This document shows, one piece after another, positions 18,770 to 29,016 of a stretch of 64,000 bases of DNA. Below the pieces are notes generated by a model. That model saw nothing but the letters and a program-made list of their open reading frames with translations. It made no database searches and was not told the origin of the DNA. The translations under genes were made by a program, and so were the position numbers. The stretch comes from Thermostichus sp. DRC_bins_24. GTDB taxonomy: Bacteria; Cyanobacteriota; Cyanobacteriia; Thermostichales; Thermostichaceae. The stretch spans positions 14,975-78,974 of the forward strand of contig JAUQVK010000084.1 of assembly GCA_039794845.1 (NCBI GenBank), written 5' to 3'. How positions within the stretch are numbered: position 1 is the first letter of the stretch; each line of letters begins with the position of its first letter.

Positions 18770-19563
18770 TGATGGGATCCCCTCCAACCCTGCCGCAACC
18801 GCCCTTGCTGCCCCGCCTAATCGGCATTGGCTCCTGGGCTCTGTTTCTGGCTTTGCTTTTGACTTCCGCCCATTTCACGAATTTCTCCTTACAGACGCTA
18901 GCCCAAGGGATCCCGGATTTTTTCGCCTTTTTTGGCAAGATGTGGCCCCTCGACTGGCGGGCTCTGCCGGAAATTTGGCAACCGCTTTTGGAGACGCTGC
19001 AAATTGCCTATTTGGGCACATTGTTTGGTGTGCTGCTGGCCATTCCTTTTGTTTTTTGGGGATCCCGGAACACAACGGCCAACCCCTGGGTGATGTGGTT
19101 GGTGCGGGGCTTCTTGACTTTAGTGCGCAGCGTGCCGGATCTGCTCTATGCCGCCATTTGTGTGGGCATTCTCTCTTTTGGTCCATTGCCGGGGGTGGTG
19201 GCGATCGTCATCTTTACGGCCTCGGTATTGGCCAAGCTGGGGAGTGAAACGGTGGAAGCCATCGATCCCGGCCCTTTGGAGGCGTTGCAAGCGGTGGGCG
19301 CAGGGCGCCTGCAGCAGATCGTTTACGGGGTGGTACCCCAAATTGCCGCCACCATGGCCTCTTACGTGTTGTACATTTTCGAGATCAATGTACGGGCTTC
19401 GACCGTGTTGGGGTTTGTCGGCGCCGGCGGCATCGGACAATTGTTGCGCACCTATCTGAGCTTTTTTGACTATCGCGGCACTGCCGTGCTGATTTTGATC
19501 GTGTTTGGGGTGGTGTTGCTGATCGATGCGGTATCCAGCTACGCCCGTTCTAAGTTGATCTAG
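18769..19563 (+). CDS. phnE: phosphonate ABC permease
   Basis: EAIDPGPLEAL..GA, FEINVRASTVLGFVGAGGIG. Confidence 0.92.
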   Translation: MMGSPPTLPQPPLLPRLIGIGSWALFLALLLTSAHFTNFSLQTLAQGIPDFFAFFGKMWPLDWRALPEIWQPLLETLQIAYLGTLFGVLLAIPFVFWGSRNTTANPWVMWLVRGFLTLVRSVPDLLYAAICVGILSFGPLPGVVAIVIFTASVLAKLGSETVEAIDPGPLEALQAVGAGRLQQIVYGVVPQIAATMASYVLYIFEINVRASTVLGFVGAGGIGQLLRTYLSFFDYRGTAVLILIVFGVVLLIDAVSSYARSKLI

Positions 19564-19581
19564 GTTGATCGAGCTCCTAGC

Positions 19582-20520
19582 CTAGCTAAGGCTGAGGCTT
19601 TGGGGATCCGCTTCCAGGAGGATGCCGGTGGGGACAGACTGAGTCACCCAGAAATCCACATTTTGAAAGTGACGACGCAAGGTATCCCGCGCTTGAGTGG
19701 CCAGTTCCAAACTGGGCATGATCCCGAAGACCGTTGGCCCCGACCCAGACATCAGGGATCCCAGTGCACCTGCTGAGAGGATGGCTTGGCGTAACTCCCT
19801 CACAAGGGCATACTCTGCCAAAACCGGCTGCTCCAGGTCATTGCGCAAACCCTTGGCCAATGCAAGTGGATCCTGACGGTTGAGGGCCGCCAACACCTGC
19901 GGCAAGGTGGAAGCAGGTGTGGGAGTAGAGGCAGCATCCCCCTGGCGGGAGCGAAAGGCTTGGTAGGCCCAGGCGGTAGAAACCCCCAAATGTCTGGGTT
20001 TGGCCAACAGCAGAGGGATCCCCTCCCAATCCGCCAGCGGTTCCAAAAGCTCTCCGCGCCCGGTGGCCAGTTGCGTTCCCCCCTGCACACAAAAGGGAAT
20101 GTCGGATCCCAGCCGAGAGGCCAAGCGCTGCAACTCTCCCACCGTCAGGCCCAATCCCCACAGTTGGTTCAATCCCACCAGCACTGCCGCTGCGTTGGCC
20201 GAGCCGCCGGCTAAACCTGCCGCCACCGGAATGTGCTTTTCGATGTGAATCTCAACCCCAGCAGAGGAGTGACACTCTTTTTGCAAGAGCTCAGCCGCTT
20301 TGTAGGCAAGGTTGCTGGCATCGGCAGGCACCTCGGGGTGATCACAGGTGAGTTGGATGCCGTGATGACGGCGCTTCAACTGCACCCGATCCGCCAAGTG
20401 GATGCTCTGCAACACCATCGCCACCTCTGAATACCCATCGGGACGGGATCCGAGAATTTCCAGGTAGAGATTAATTTTGGCGCGGGCGATCAGGGTACAG
20501 GCTTGCATCAGAGAAGGCAT
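19582..20520 (-). CDS. ispE: 4-diphosphocytidyl-2-C-methyl-D-erythritol kinase
   Basis: AKINLYLEI, IPVAAGLAGGS, LGSDIPFC, MSGSGPTVF. Confidence 0.96.
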   Translation of the reverse strand: MPSLMQACTLIARAKINLYLEILGSRPDGYSEVAMVLQSIHLADRVQLKRRHHGIQLTCDHPEVPADASNLAYKAAELLQKECHSSAGVEIHIEKHIPVAAGLAGGSANAAAVLVGLNQLWGLGLTVGELQRLASRLGSDIPFCVQGGTQLATGRGELLEPLADWEGIPLLLAKPRHLGVSTAWAYQAFRSRQGDAASTPTPASTLPQVLAALNRQDPLALAKGLRNDLEQPVLAEYALVRELRQAILSAGALGSLMSGSGPTVFGIMPSLELATQARDTLRRHFQNVDFWVTQSVPTGILLEADPQSLSLS

Positions 20521-20654
20521 TGCTACAGCAAAAACGCTTTGGGCTAGGGGGCAACGGCTGCGTTCGGTCGATGCACGCCAACCCCAGACACTCCCGGCAG
20601 CGAGTCAGCCTGATTCTAACGGCAATGGATCCCCAGGATCCCGATCGCCAAAGG

Positions 20655-21107
20655 CTAGCCGTGAGAATGGGGCCATTTGCCCAGCCACTCCCCACCGCGA
20701 AACCGCCAACGGGGAAACAAAATGCGCATCACCACCCAAGCACTGAGGTAAAGGCAAACCCAGACCACACTGTAGTGGAGGATAAAATCCCCCAGGTAAA
20801 ACCGTTGGGTGGGAATATAGGGCAGGCCCGTGAGCGTGAGCACAGTGCCCAAAAACAAGCCCTCCCAAATGCCGGCCAAAAGCTGGAGGATCCCCGGCCA
20901 GTCGTGATCCCACATCCACCCCAGCAGGTAGTTGTAAACCATATCCCAAATGCAGCCAAACACGCCCACGTAGAGCAACACCCAAAAATAGATGAAACTG
21001 CCGCCATGACCTGTGAGGCCAAAGTAAAAAGGTAACGTGGCCAAAACCCCGACAGTGGACAACAGAAAAATACGGGTTTGCCAACGGCCAATCAGAGTTG
21101 GAGTCAT
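20655..21107 (-). CDS. conserved hypothetical 4-TM membrane protein
   Basis: MTPTLIGRWQTRIFLL, WDHDWP, PRWRFRGGEW; strong GGAGG RBS. Confidence 0.8.
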   Translation of the reverse strand: MTPTLIGRWQTRIFLLSTVGVLATLPFYFGLTGHGGSFIYFWVLLYVGVFGCIWDMVYNYLLGWMWDHDWPGILQLLAGIWEGLFLGTVLTLTGLPYIPTQRFYLGDFILHYSVVWVCLYLSAWVVMRILFPRWRFRGGEWLGKWPHSHG

Positions 21108-21176
21108 GCCTCCCTCCAGAAGTTGAAGTGAGAAGTTATGGTCCTTTGATCCTTTGAATTGAGTTTGCAACATCTG

Positions 21177-21217
21177 CCCTCACCCACAGCCCCTCTCCCC
21201 CTTTGGGGGAGGAGAGT
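21177..21217. repeat. CCCTCACCC...CCCTCTCCC-type dispersed intergenic hairpin element
   Basis: CCCTCACCCACAGCCCCTCTCCCCCTTTGGGGGAGGAGAG, imperfect inverted repeat between operon genes. Confidence 0.45.
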
Positions 21218-21251
21218 CAGAAAGTGTATCGTTCTTATCACCGAAGCGTCT

Positions 21252-23273
21252 TTAGGAAGGACTGATGTTTAAGGCCCATTTACACCATTGCCACAGGGAT
21301 CCAATCCCTTCCAAGGTTCTCATGCCTGGTGCCCGCACCCGCACCAAATGTTCTGCCGAACGATGGGCACAGTATTGCAAGCCCAAAAAGGTATCCACCG
21401 GCGCGTAGGGGCCCCCCAAGGTGATGATCCCGGCAGCATACATCCGCCCATCCCGATTGCGCATGTCCACCAGCTCAAAATCATTGGAAACGTGGAGCCG
21501 TCCGTAGGGATTCAGAGGCAAATTGTAGTGGGTGATCAGATCATTGAGGAGAGGATTGGTCATGGGATCCGAAACCAAACCGGTGCAGTCGATAACAAAA
21601 TCCGCCTCGACTTTCATTTGCGTGTTGTTGTGGGTGCCCTGAATGTAGGTGATCGGCTTGCCCTTGTCGCTGAGCACCACCGACTCCACCTTGCCAAACA
21701 CGATCGAATACCAGCCCTCTCGTAACCCTTGGCGAACCGCCCGCCGCCATTTTCGCCGACTGGCTGTTGTGGTGCCCCCCCACACTTCCAACAACTCCCG
21801 GCGCTCCAGCGGAGTAGCGGCCTCCAATTTGGCCCGCAGATCTCCCCCCCAAGTGCCCTTGGGCCAGTTGTAGGGTTGAAACTCCCAATGGTTATCCACC
21901 GTCCGTTTGGCCCGTCCAAAACGATTGCCGGTCTTGGGGGAACGGCTCAGATGCACCACCGAAATACGAGGGTTCATTTTGCGGGCTTCGTAAAGGCGAT
22001 CCATCACCTGTGAGGCGACAATGCCAAAGCCGCGAATCAAAACGGTACCGCCTTGTTTCTCCAAATGCTCGTAGACGTGAGGATGCGGCTCGTAGCCGTG
22101 CACCACAGATTTGAGATCCCCCGTTTGTTCCCGAAACTCCTGTAGGTCATTGAGCAACTTAATGGCGGGATAACCGGTCGCCAAATGCAGGTACTTGGCC
22201 ACCATAAAGCGGTGATCCGTGTGGCCCGGTCGCGTTGCGGAATAGGCCACCACATAGCGCCCATCCTCCGTTTTGCGAATGGCACGAATATGGCCGTAGC
22301 AGAGCATTTGATCCCAGCTAATTCGGGCCGCTTCTCGATCCATAGAGGCAAACACATCCCCCGCTCGCGGCGTGTAGGTATCCGCCAACAAAGGCTCGCT
22401 AAACACCTGCCACAAAAAGCCAAATGCCTCCAACAGACGGCCCGAAAAAAAAGAGCGCCAAGCATCTCGCAGGGCATAGCCGGGCCAGCCCCAGATGTTG
22501 TCTGGGCAGGAATCCGAACCGGAACGAATTCGCTTCCAGCGGGGGATCTGACAATTGTTCAGCAGACGGTCGTACCGTTCGTAGGGTTTCTTGGCAATGC
22601 TAATCACCCGGATATGTTCGGGCTTGACCCCATGAATGCGCAGGGTATCTACCCAAACAAAGCTGCCCATGCCGCCGCCCAAAGCCAGATAGTTGGTTTC
22701 CTCCACGGGGAGACCGGTGGCTTTTAGAGCACTGAGGGAAATTTGCTCGGCCCGAAACAACTGGGGTGGGGGAAATTCGGAACCGGTCCGCACATCAGGG
22801 GGTTGCTCGGGGGCGAAAACAACCGTGGATGGAGGGGGAATCTCGACGGTATCAGGACGAATCAGGTCGGTGCGGGGCTCCAGCAAAAGGGTACGGGTGC
22901 CGCGATGGGCGCCAGTGAGGAGGGTGGCGCTGGGATCCCCGGAGGGCAGCAAACTGACGGTGACGCTGTAGGGGCCAAACTGTACGACTTCTCCGCCCTT
23001 GAGCACCTGACGGGCCTGCCGAATTTTTTCGCCGTTGATGCGACTGCCATTGGCACTACGATCTTCGTAGATCACTTGGCCATCGTCGCTTCGATAAACC
23101 AGGGCATGGTAGCGAGAAATTTCTTGGCTAACAAACACGGCCCGGGCCACTTCTTTGCCCTGCCATTCCTGGGGCAGTTGCGCCAGATCTCTGCCCAAAG
23201 CCAGAGGCAGTGGGAAAATCGGCTCCTGCTGTTCTTCGGTAATGGGGTCTTCCCAACTCAGCTGAACTTGCAT
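21252..23273 (-). CDS. FHA domain fused to an FAD/NAD(P)-binding oxidoreductase-like domain
   Basis: FHA: LGRD, ISRYHA, SANGS. Two Rossmann-like motifs: LGGGMGS and IRGFGIVAS; LATGY; DCTG. Confidence 0.8.
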   Translation of the reverse strand: MQVQLSWEDPITEEQQEPIFPLPLALGRDLAQLPQEWQGKEVARAVFVSQEISRYHALVYRSDDGQVIYEDRSANGSRINGEKIRQARQVLKGGEVVQFGPYSVTVSLLPSGDPSATLLTGAHRGTRTLLLEPRTDLIRPDTVEIPPPSTVVFAPEQPPDVRTGSEFPPPQLFRAEQISLSALKATGLPVEETNYLALGGGMGSFVWVDTLRIHGVKPEHIRVISIAKKPYERYDRLLNNCQIPRWKRIRSGSDSCPDNIWGWPGYALRDAWRSFFSGRLLEAFGFLWQVFSEPLLADTYTPRAGDVFASMDREAARISWDQMLCYGHIRAIRKTEDGRYVVAYSATRPGHTDHRFMVAKYLHLATGYPAIKLLNDLQEFREQTGDLKSVVHGYEPHPHVYEHLEKQGGTVLIRGFGIVASQVMDRLYEARKMNPRISVVHLSRSPKTGNRFGRAKRTVDNHWEFQPYNWPKGTWGGDLRAKLEAATPLERRELLEVWGGTTTASRRKWRRAVRQGLREGWYSIVFGKVESVVLSDKGKPITYIQGTHNNTQMKVEADFVIDCTGLVSDPMTNPLLNDLITHYNLPLNPYGRLHVSNDFELVDMRNRDGRMYAAGIITLGGPYAPVDTFLGLQYCAHRSAEHLVRVRAPGMRTLEGIGSLWQWCKWALNISPS

Positions 23274-23590
23274 GGCTTTTGCTCACCTTTTGAGGCACTC
23301 AAGAACGATACAACTGCATAGGTCATGATGGATTTATCAGGATCCTTTTATTCAATAAACATGGATGGATTATTTGGATGGGTTGGTGGGATCCGTAGAA
23401 GAATCGCCGATATCGCTATTGGGATCCCGATATTTTTTCAACTTTTCCAGCTATTTTTGGAAGAAGGCTGCCCTCAGAAGGGAGTTTACCTATTCTTCCG
23501 GCTTTTGTGGGTCGATTCCGATGTCCAACCGGGGGATGAGAGGGGTTTGCTGTCGAGTTGGTCGTGGGTTGGGAGTGGATTTCGTAGGCC

Positions 23591-24187
23591 TTAGGTTTTA
23601 TCTTTGGATTTGATCTGGGCATCCAGAGGTTGTGGGGCCTTAGCAGGTTCTGGTGGGGGGATTACCAACGAAGCACTTAGTACCAAATATCCACAGTAGG
23701 GGCAATTTTGGCCCTGATATTCTGGTGGCAGGTAGTGAGGATTTTGTAGACGGCTACACTTAACCTTGAGAGCATCCAGAGCACCCCGGTTCAAGGTGAC
23801 GCCACGATCCTTCACCACAGCCTCTATAGACTTCACCTTCAACACCACGCGCCCCAGTTGAATTTGGCTGTTGGCCTCGAGGGCTAGCTCCTCTTGAATG
23901 ATCTTTTGACCATTTACCCAAATGGGGTTAGGTTGTTTGGGAGGCAAACGATCCCGAGTTAAATTGCGAATGTGAAAGCTTAACCTTTTGGGATCAAAGT
24001 AGAGCCCGGCATGAATTCCAGAGACTGAAAGGGTTTGATCGTTGATCACCACATCACAGCCGGGATCCCGTCCGATGGTGGCCAGCTTGGATGGGTCAGA
24101 TGAAAGGATTTGGGAGCGGCGGTGCTCTACACCTTGATCGGCTTCAGCCCATTCTAAGGTTAGTTGGTACACAATCTCATCCTCCAT
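23591..24187 (-). CDS. FHA-domain protein with a C-terminal Zn-ribbon-like motif
   Basis: TIGRDPGCD, VSGIHA, NPIWVNG; C..H...CPYCG. Confidence 0.8.
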   Translation of the reverse strand: MEDEIVYQLTLEWAEADQGVEHRRSQILSSDPSKLATIGRDPGCDVVINDQTLSVSGIHAGLYFDPKRLSFHIRNLTRDRLPPKQPNPIWVNGQKIIQEELALEANSQIQLGRVVLKVKSIEAVVKDRGVTLNRGALDALKVKCSRLQNPHYLPPEYQGQNCPYCGYLVLSASLVIPPPEPAKAPQPLDAQIKSKDKT

Positions 24188-24707
24188 GGTTGAATGCCTC
24201 CACCCCCTGCGCTTGGCCCCAGTCTATCGGAAAACCGATTCGCGACGAGGAGAATGTGTCTTTTTGAGTCAGAATCGTCAATACCCTTCGGGATAAATTT
24301 AGTGTATTCTTTGGTAAGCTTGTTTGCGCTGATCGGGATCACCCCAGTTGGGTTCCTTTCATCACTTCCCCGTTCCCAAACCCCGGAGATCGCCGACCTT
24401 CAGACGAAATGGAACTCTCAATTCGCTCATTTGTGTGCCCTCACTGCCAAGAACGGCATGATAGGGACATCAATGCAGCAATTCATATCTAAAGATGAAC
24501 AAAAATAAAGGTTTGCGGTTTTTGGTGAGCCAGACCCTGGCTCACTTGGCATTCGGAACCAGTGCTGCTGCCTTTGGAGGCAATGCAAGACCAGCGGGGT
24601 ATGGACGAAAGGCTCTTACGGCTGAGGCTGTTGCCTGTGAAGAAGGAAGCCCATGCTCTGGTGCGTCGCAAGGGTGCTCCGCACCCCGCAGACGAGCGTC
24701 GGGTAGT

Positions 24708-25931
24708 TCACAGTCTGCCATAGCCAGAATCTGGTTTAACTTCCGTGACTTTCCAGCTGAGCTTTAAGTTGAGGTAGAAGTTCCAGAATACGAGGATACC
24801 GATGGCGATCAGATTGGCCAGCAGGTAATGAATGCCGAGGTACTCGCTCAGTAGAATCAACAACAGAGAGTTGAGGAACAGACCCATTAGACAGATGATA
24901 TTGAACTTAACCAATCGCTTCAGACGATTGATAGGGCCAGGTTGCAGCTTGGTCACGCTGCGAAAAGTCCATAGATCATTCCAGAGAAAGTTGTTGAGAA
25001 TCGCCACTTCTGAAGCAATCAGTTTGCTGACCATGAGGCCCCAACCCAAATTGTTTGGATCATGCAGCAAATAAAGCAGGACCATATCTACGAAGGTACC
25101 GGAAAGTCCCACCGTACAGAATCGCAGAAAGGATCCCAGTGGCCCCAATGAGAGACGCAGGTGGATAAGATGGTGCAGGTACTGAATGCAGGTTTGCAGT
25201 TGGATCTTGCTCTGGCCATTTTGGCGCTCCTGAAAGACATACCCCACTTCTTCGATCGTTCCCACTCTGCCCCGAGCAAGCACCTCGATCAGCAGCTTGT
25301 AGCCTTTGGGATTGAGCGGGATCCCGGCAATCGACTTACGCCTGACCAGAAACAATCCACTCAAGGGATCCGAAACACGGCCTAGGATCCCCGGCAGCAG
25401 GGCCAGCCCAATCAGTTGAGCTCCTCGGGAAACAATGCGTCGGCCCAAGCTCCAGTAGCTCACCCCTCCCGATTCTGCGTAGCGGCTGCCTAAGGCCAAG
25501 TCGGCCCCCGTTTGCATCTGCTGCCACAACTTGAGGATCATCTCCGGTGGATGTTGCAAATCCCCGTCGATCACTCCCAGTATTTCCCCTTGGGCGGCCT
25601 GCCATCCTCGCAGCACGGCCGTGGCTAAGCCCCGTTCCTGATGGCGGCAAATCACTTTTAACTGCGGAAACTCCCGTTGCAGCTCCTGAGCCAGTTTGGC
25701 GGTGTAATCGGGGCTATTGTCATCCACCACGATCAGCTCGTAGGCGCCCGGCAGATTTGTATCCAGATGGGCGCACAACTGGCTGACCAAGTCGCGAATG
25801 CTGGAGGCTTCGTTGTAGGTGGGAATGACCAGCGAGAGTTGGATGGAGCTGGATTGCAGTAGAGGTGGAATCTGGATAGGGGTTAAACGGGCTTTGGGAG
25901 GTGTGGATGAAGTAGGAGCGACATGAGGCAT
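24708..25931 (-). CDS. GT2 polyprenol-phosphate glycosyltransferase fused to a GtrA-like domain
   Basis: LSLVIPTYNE, VVDDNSPD, IDGDLQHPP, SDPLSG; C-terminal 4-TM RFCTVGLSGTFVD...NNFLWNDLWTF. Confidence 0.9.
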   Translation of the reverse strand: MPHVAPTSSTPPKARLTPIQIPPLLQSSSIQLSLVIPTYNEASSIRDLVSQLCAHLDTNLPGAYELIVVDDNSPDYTAKLAQELQREFPQLKVICRHQERGLATAVLRGWQAAQGEILGVIDGDLQHPPEMILKLWQQMQTGADLALGSRYAESGGVSYWSLGRRIVSRGAQLIGLALLPGILGRVSDPLSGLFLVRRKSIAGIPLNPKGYKLLIEVLARGRVGTIEEVGYVFQERQNGQSKIQLQTCIQYLHHLIHLRLSLGPLGSFLRFCTVGLSGTFVDMVLLYLLHDPNNLGWGLMVSKLIASEVAILNNFLWNDLWTFRSVTKLQPGPINRLKRLVKFNIICLMGLFLNSLLLILLSEYLGIHYLLANLIAIGILVFWNFYLNLKLSWKVTEVKPDSGYGRL

Positions 25932-26127
25932 TCAGCAAGCCATCCCAAAAAGAGCGACAAGTCAGGATCCCGAAGCTAGAGCTCGGATACAAGCCAAAAC
26001 CAAACCAGGAGGCTGACCTGATCCTTAAGAATGATCCCATATCGTACCGATGGATGACCTGGAGAGCTAGGCTCTTCTCCACCTACCCAGCTCTATCAGG
26101 TCCTCGCCAGCACTCGAGTGAACCGAT

Positions 26128-26973
26128 CTGATTGGGGATGAGTACCAAGATGTTAACTTTGGCCAGCAGCGGCTGATTGAACTGTTGGCCGGTACTCGAG
26201 CCGAAGTCATGCTGGTCGGTGACGATGACCAAACCATTTACGAATGGCGTGGAGCTTGACCCGATTGCATTATCCGCGACTTTGAGCATGTGTTTACCAA
26301 TCGTCCCCACACAGTCTATAAACTCACGCGCTCCTTTCGATTTGGCCCTGTTACAGCCCTTTACGCCTAGGGCACGCTGGCGCGTTCGCCCATGGCGGCC
26401 CATAGGGCACCGCTAGTCACATGTAACAGCTATGGAGGTTGAAACCCACCTCCTGGAGGGCTGAGGAAGCATAAACCCTGCTGTAGAAAACCCGCGCAAG
26501 GGCTGTATGTTGCTCTCACACGGGCTCGGAAAGTTGCTTATATCGTTACAAAAGCCTATCATTCAACCCAAACGACAAAACTTGCCTCAAGGTTTCTAGA
26601 GGAGATAGCTCTAGAACCAACAGCCCAGCTGATGGAGGATTTACCTGAGATTACTGATGAATTTAAAACTAACCCAACGGATGCACGGTCACAAGGAACT
26701 GAGAAAGTTCAGACCTGGCTGGCAGCAGTTAGAAATCATGCAGGACAACGTTCTATCATCGACAGCCTGCAAACTTATCTTTCTATGCTTGGGGCAAGAG
26801 AACTCAATACTTGTGTTCATGATTTAACCGTAGGTGTCCCTGAAGAACCTTTTAAGTATCAGTATGCTTATGGTAAAGATCAGATGTCCGAAACGAGGGA
26901 TCCACCTCAGGAACCAGGCAGTAGTGATGTTGCTGGTGACACGAAGGGCTGTTGGGATGAGATTCCATTTTGA
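26128..26973 (+). pseudogene. UvrD/Rep helicase remnant
   Basis: [10 protein letters not shown] (motif II), [14 protein letters not shown] (motif III, TGA at 26257), LTRSFRF (motif IV), LYVALTRAR at 26503 (motif VI), SRFLEEI. Confidence 0.8.
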
Positions 26974-27027
26974 ATCCTGAAGTGCCTCTCTTCTCTCTCC
27001 TTCTCGATGAGAGAGGAGTAAGAAGTG

Positions 27028-28764
27028 TCAGCTCAGACTGCTCTGCACATCGACATTGGAACCCAGGCGTTGCCGCTGAGCTAGCCGAGAATTGAGCAAA
27101 ATCACGGGGAGGATCCCTACCAACACAATGGCCAAAGCTGGGGCCCCTGCTTCTGCGAGGCGTTCATCGGCGGCCATGCGGTAGGTTTGCACCGCCAAGG
27201 TGTCGAAGTTAAAGGGCCGCAGTACCATTGTGGCCGGTAGCTCTTTCATCACATCCACAAACACCAGGATCATCCCCCCTAAAATCCCCCCTCCCATCAG
27301 GGGTAGATGCACCCGCCAGAGGGTACCGAGGGATCCCTGCCCTAGGCTACGAGCTGCTTCATCTAGGCTAGGAGGGATCCGCATCAGGGTGGCTTCAATG
27401 GTGGAGAGAGAAACTGCCAAAAATCGCACCAGATAGCCAAAAATCAAGGCCGTAATTGTGCCACTGATCACCAAACCGGGGGGTTGTTGAAAAAGCACCT
27501 GCCGCAGATGACTGAGGAGCTGATCCATCCGCCCCAAGGGGAGCAGTACCCCCACCGCAATCACCACCCCCGGCAGGGCATAACCCAAAGAAGACAAGTG
27601 CACCGCCAGCCGCAGACCCCAAGGGGATCCCGCACGGCCTAGCCCCTGCATTCTCAGCCCGTACAACACCACCACCGACACCACCACCGCGATCACCGCC
27701 GTCACTGTGGCCAGCACCAAACTGTTTTGGGCGTAGCTCCAGAAGCGGCGACCCAACCCCCCTTGCCGCAGAGTCATGTTCAGAAGAATTAGAGCGGGAA
27801 CGCCAAAGCCCAACCCAACCGGGATCCCACAGGCCAGCCAGGCCCCCACCGCTCGGATCCCTCTTAAGGCATAACGACCGGCCGTTGGTTTGAAGCCCTG
27901 TCGGTAGTAGCGTGCCCGCCGGCGCAGGGTTTGTTCCCCGACCATCAGCAGCAACACCAACACCAACAGCAAAGCCGACAGCTGGGCCGCTGCCACCGGA
28001 TTCCCCAGAGCCGTCCAGATCCGGTAAATGCCCGTCGTGAAAGTGTCTACCCCGAAATAGCTGACGGTGCCGAAATCATTGAGGGTTTCCATCAGGGCCA
28101 ACAGGGCCCCGGCGACAATTCCCGGTCGCGCCAAGGGCAAAGCTACCCTGCGAAAACTGGCCCAAGGCCCATAGCCCAGGGAGCGGCTCACCTCCAAACA
28201 GGCCACCGATTGTTCCTGAAAAGCCAGCCGTGCCGCCAAATAAACATAGGGATACAGGGTAAGAATCAGCAGCAGTGTTGCCCCCCACAGGGAGCGGATG
28301 TTGGGAAACCAGTAGTCGCCAATTCCCCAGCCGGTGATCCGCCGCAGCCAGATCTGAAAGCCGCCGGTTACCTGCAAAAAGTCGGTATAGGCATAAGCCA
28401 AAACATAGGTGGGGGCCGCCAAAGGCAACACCAGCATCCATTCCAACCAGGCTCGCCCCGGAAATTGGCACATGGTTACCAACCAAGCGGTGCCACTGCC
28501 CACCAGGATCACCCCCGCTGCTACCCCTACCATCAACAGCAGGGAATTGCGCACGTACAGCCCCAGCACCGTCCCCGCCAGATGCTCCCACACCTGTCGC
28601 TCATCCACCAGCCAACTCAACAGCACCGTTAGGGTGGGGACAAGGATCAGGCCGGTCAAGACCAAGGTGAGCAGTGCCCAGCCATTCAGCCAAGGCCATC
28701 GAATTTTCCTGAGGGTGCGCCCAAGGGGTTCGTTTAAGGGTGGCTCAGCCGGTTTGCTCATCAA
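27028..28764 (-). CDS. futB: iron(III) ABC transporter permease
   Basis: Two EAA-loop halves, YPYVYL, DFGTVSYFG, KELPATMVLRPFNFDTLA. Confidence 0.9.
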   Translation of the reverse strand: MMSKPAEPPLNEPLGRTLRKIRWPWLNGWALLTLVLTGLILVPTLTVLLSWLVDERQVWEHLAGTVLGLYVRNSLLLMVGVAAGVILVGSGTAWLVTMCQFPGRAWLEWMLVLPLAAPTYVLAYAYTDFLQVTGGFQIWLRRITGWGIGDYWFPNIRSLWGATLLLILTLYPYVYLAARLAFQEQSVACLEVSRSLGYGPWASFRRVALPLARPGIVAGALLALMETLNDFGTVSYFGVDTFTTGIYRIWTALGNPVAAAQLSALLLVLVLLLMVGEQTLRRRARYYRQGFKPTAGRYALRGIRAVGAWLACGIPVGLGFGVPALILLNMTLRQGGLGRRFWSYAQNSLVLATVTAVIAVVVSVVVLYGLRMQGLGRAGSPWGLRLAVHLSSLGYALPGVVIAVGVLLPLGRMDQLLSHLRQVLFQQPPGLVISGTITALIFGYLVRFLAVSLSTIEATLMRIPPSLDEAARSLGQGSLGTLWRVHLPLMGGGILGGMILVFVDVMKELPATMVLRPFNFDTLAVQTYRMAADERLAEAGAPALAIVLVGILPVILLNSRLAQRQRLGSNVDVQSSLS

Positions 28765-29016
28765 ACTCAGGTGAAATCTTCACAAACTTTATAAAAATGT
28801 TCCCATCTCCGGTTCATTGACGGGTTGAGAACTCAAGACTCAAGCAAGAAGCCCTATTCTACGCCCCTGAATAGGGTTTCCACCCGATGTTGCTCCGACC
28901 CAGTGTAAAGGAAAGTCCTCCACCAGGGATCCCTACCCCCCAAAGGAACGGAAAGGATCCCTGACTCTCACTCAGCAGGAATACACCTGTACTGAGCTAT
29001 GGGCAAGCGGCAAGCC

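Noticed and set aside
24194..24767. Short plus-strand ORFs between the FHA gene and the glycosyltransferase
   Set aside because: No recognisable family, one overlaps the GT 3' end, and the region probably holds the FHA operon promoter.
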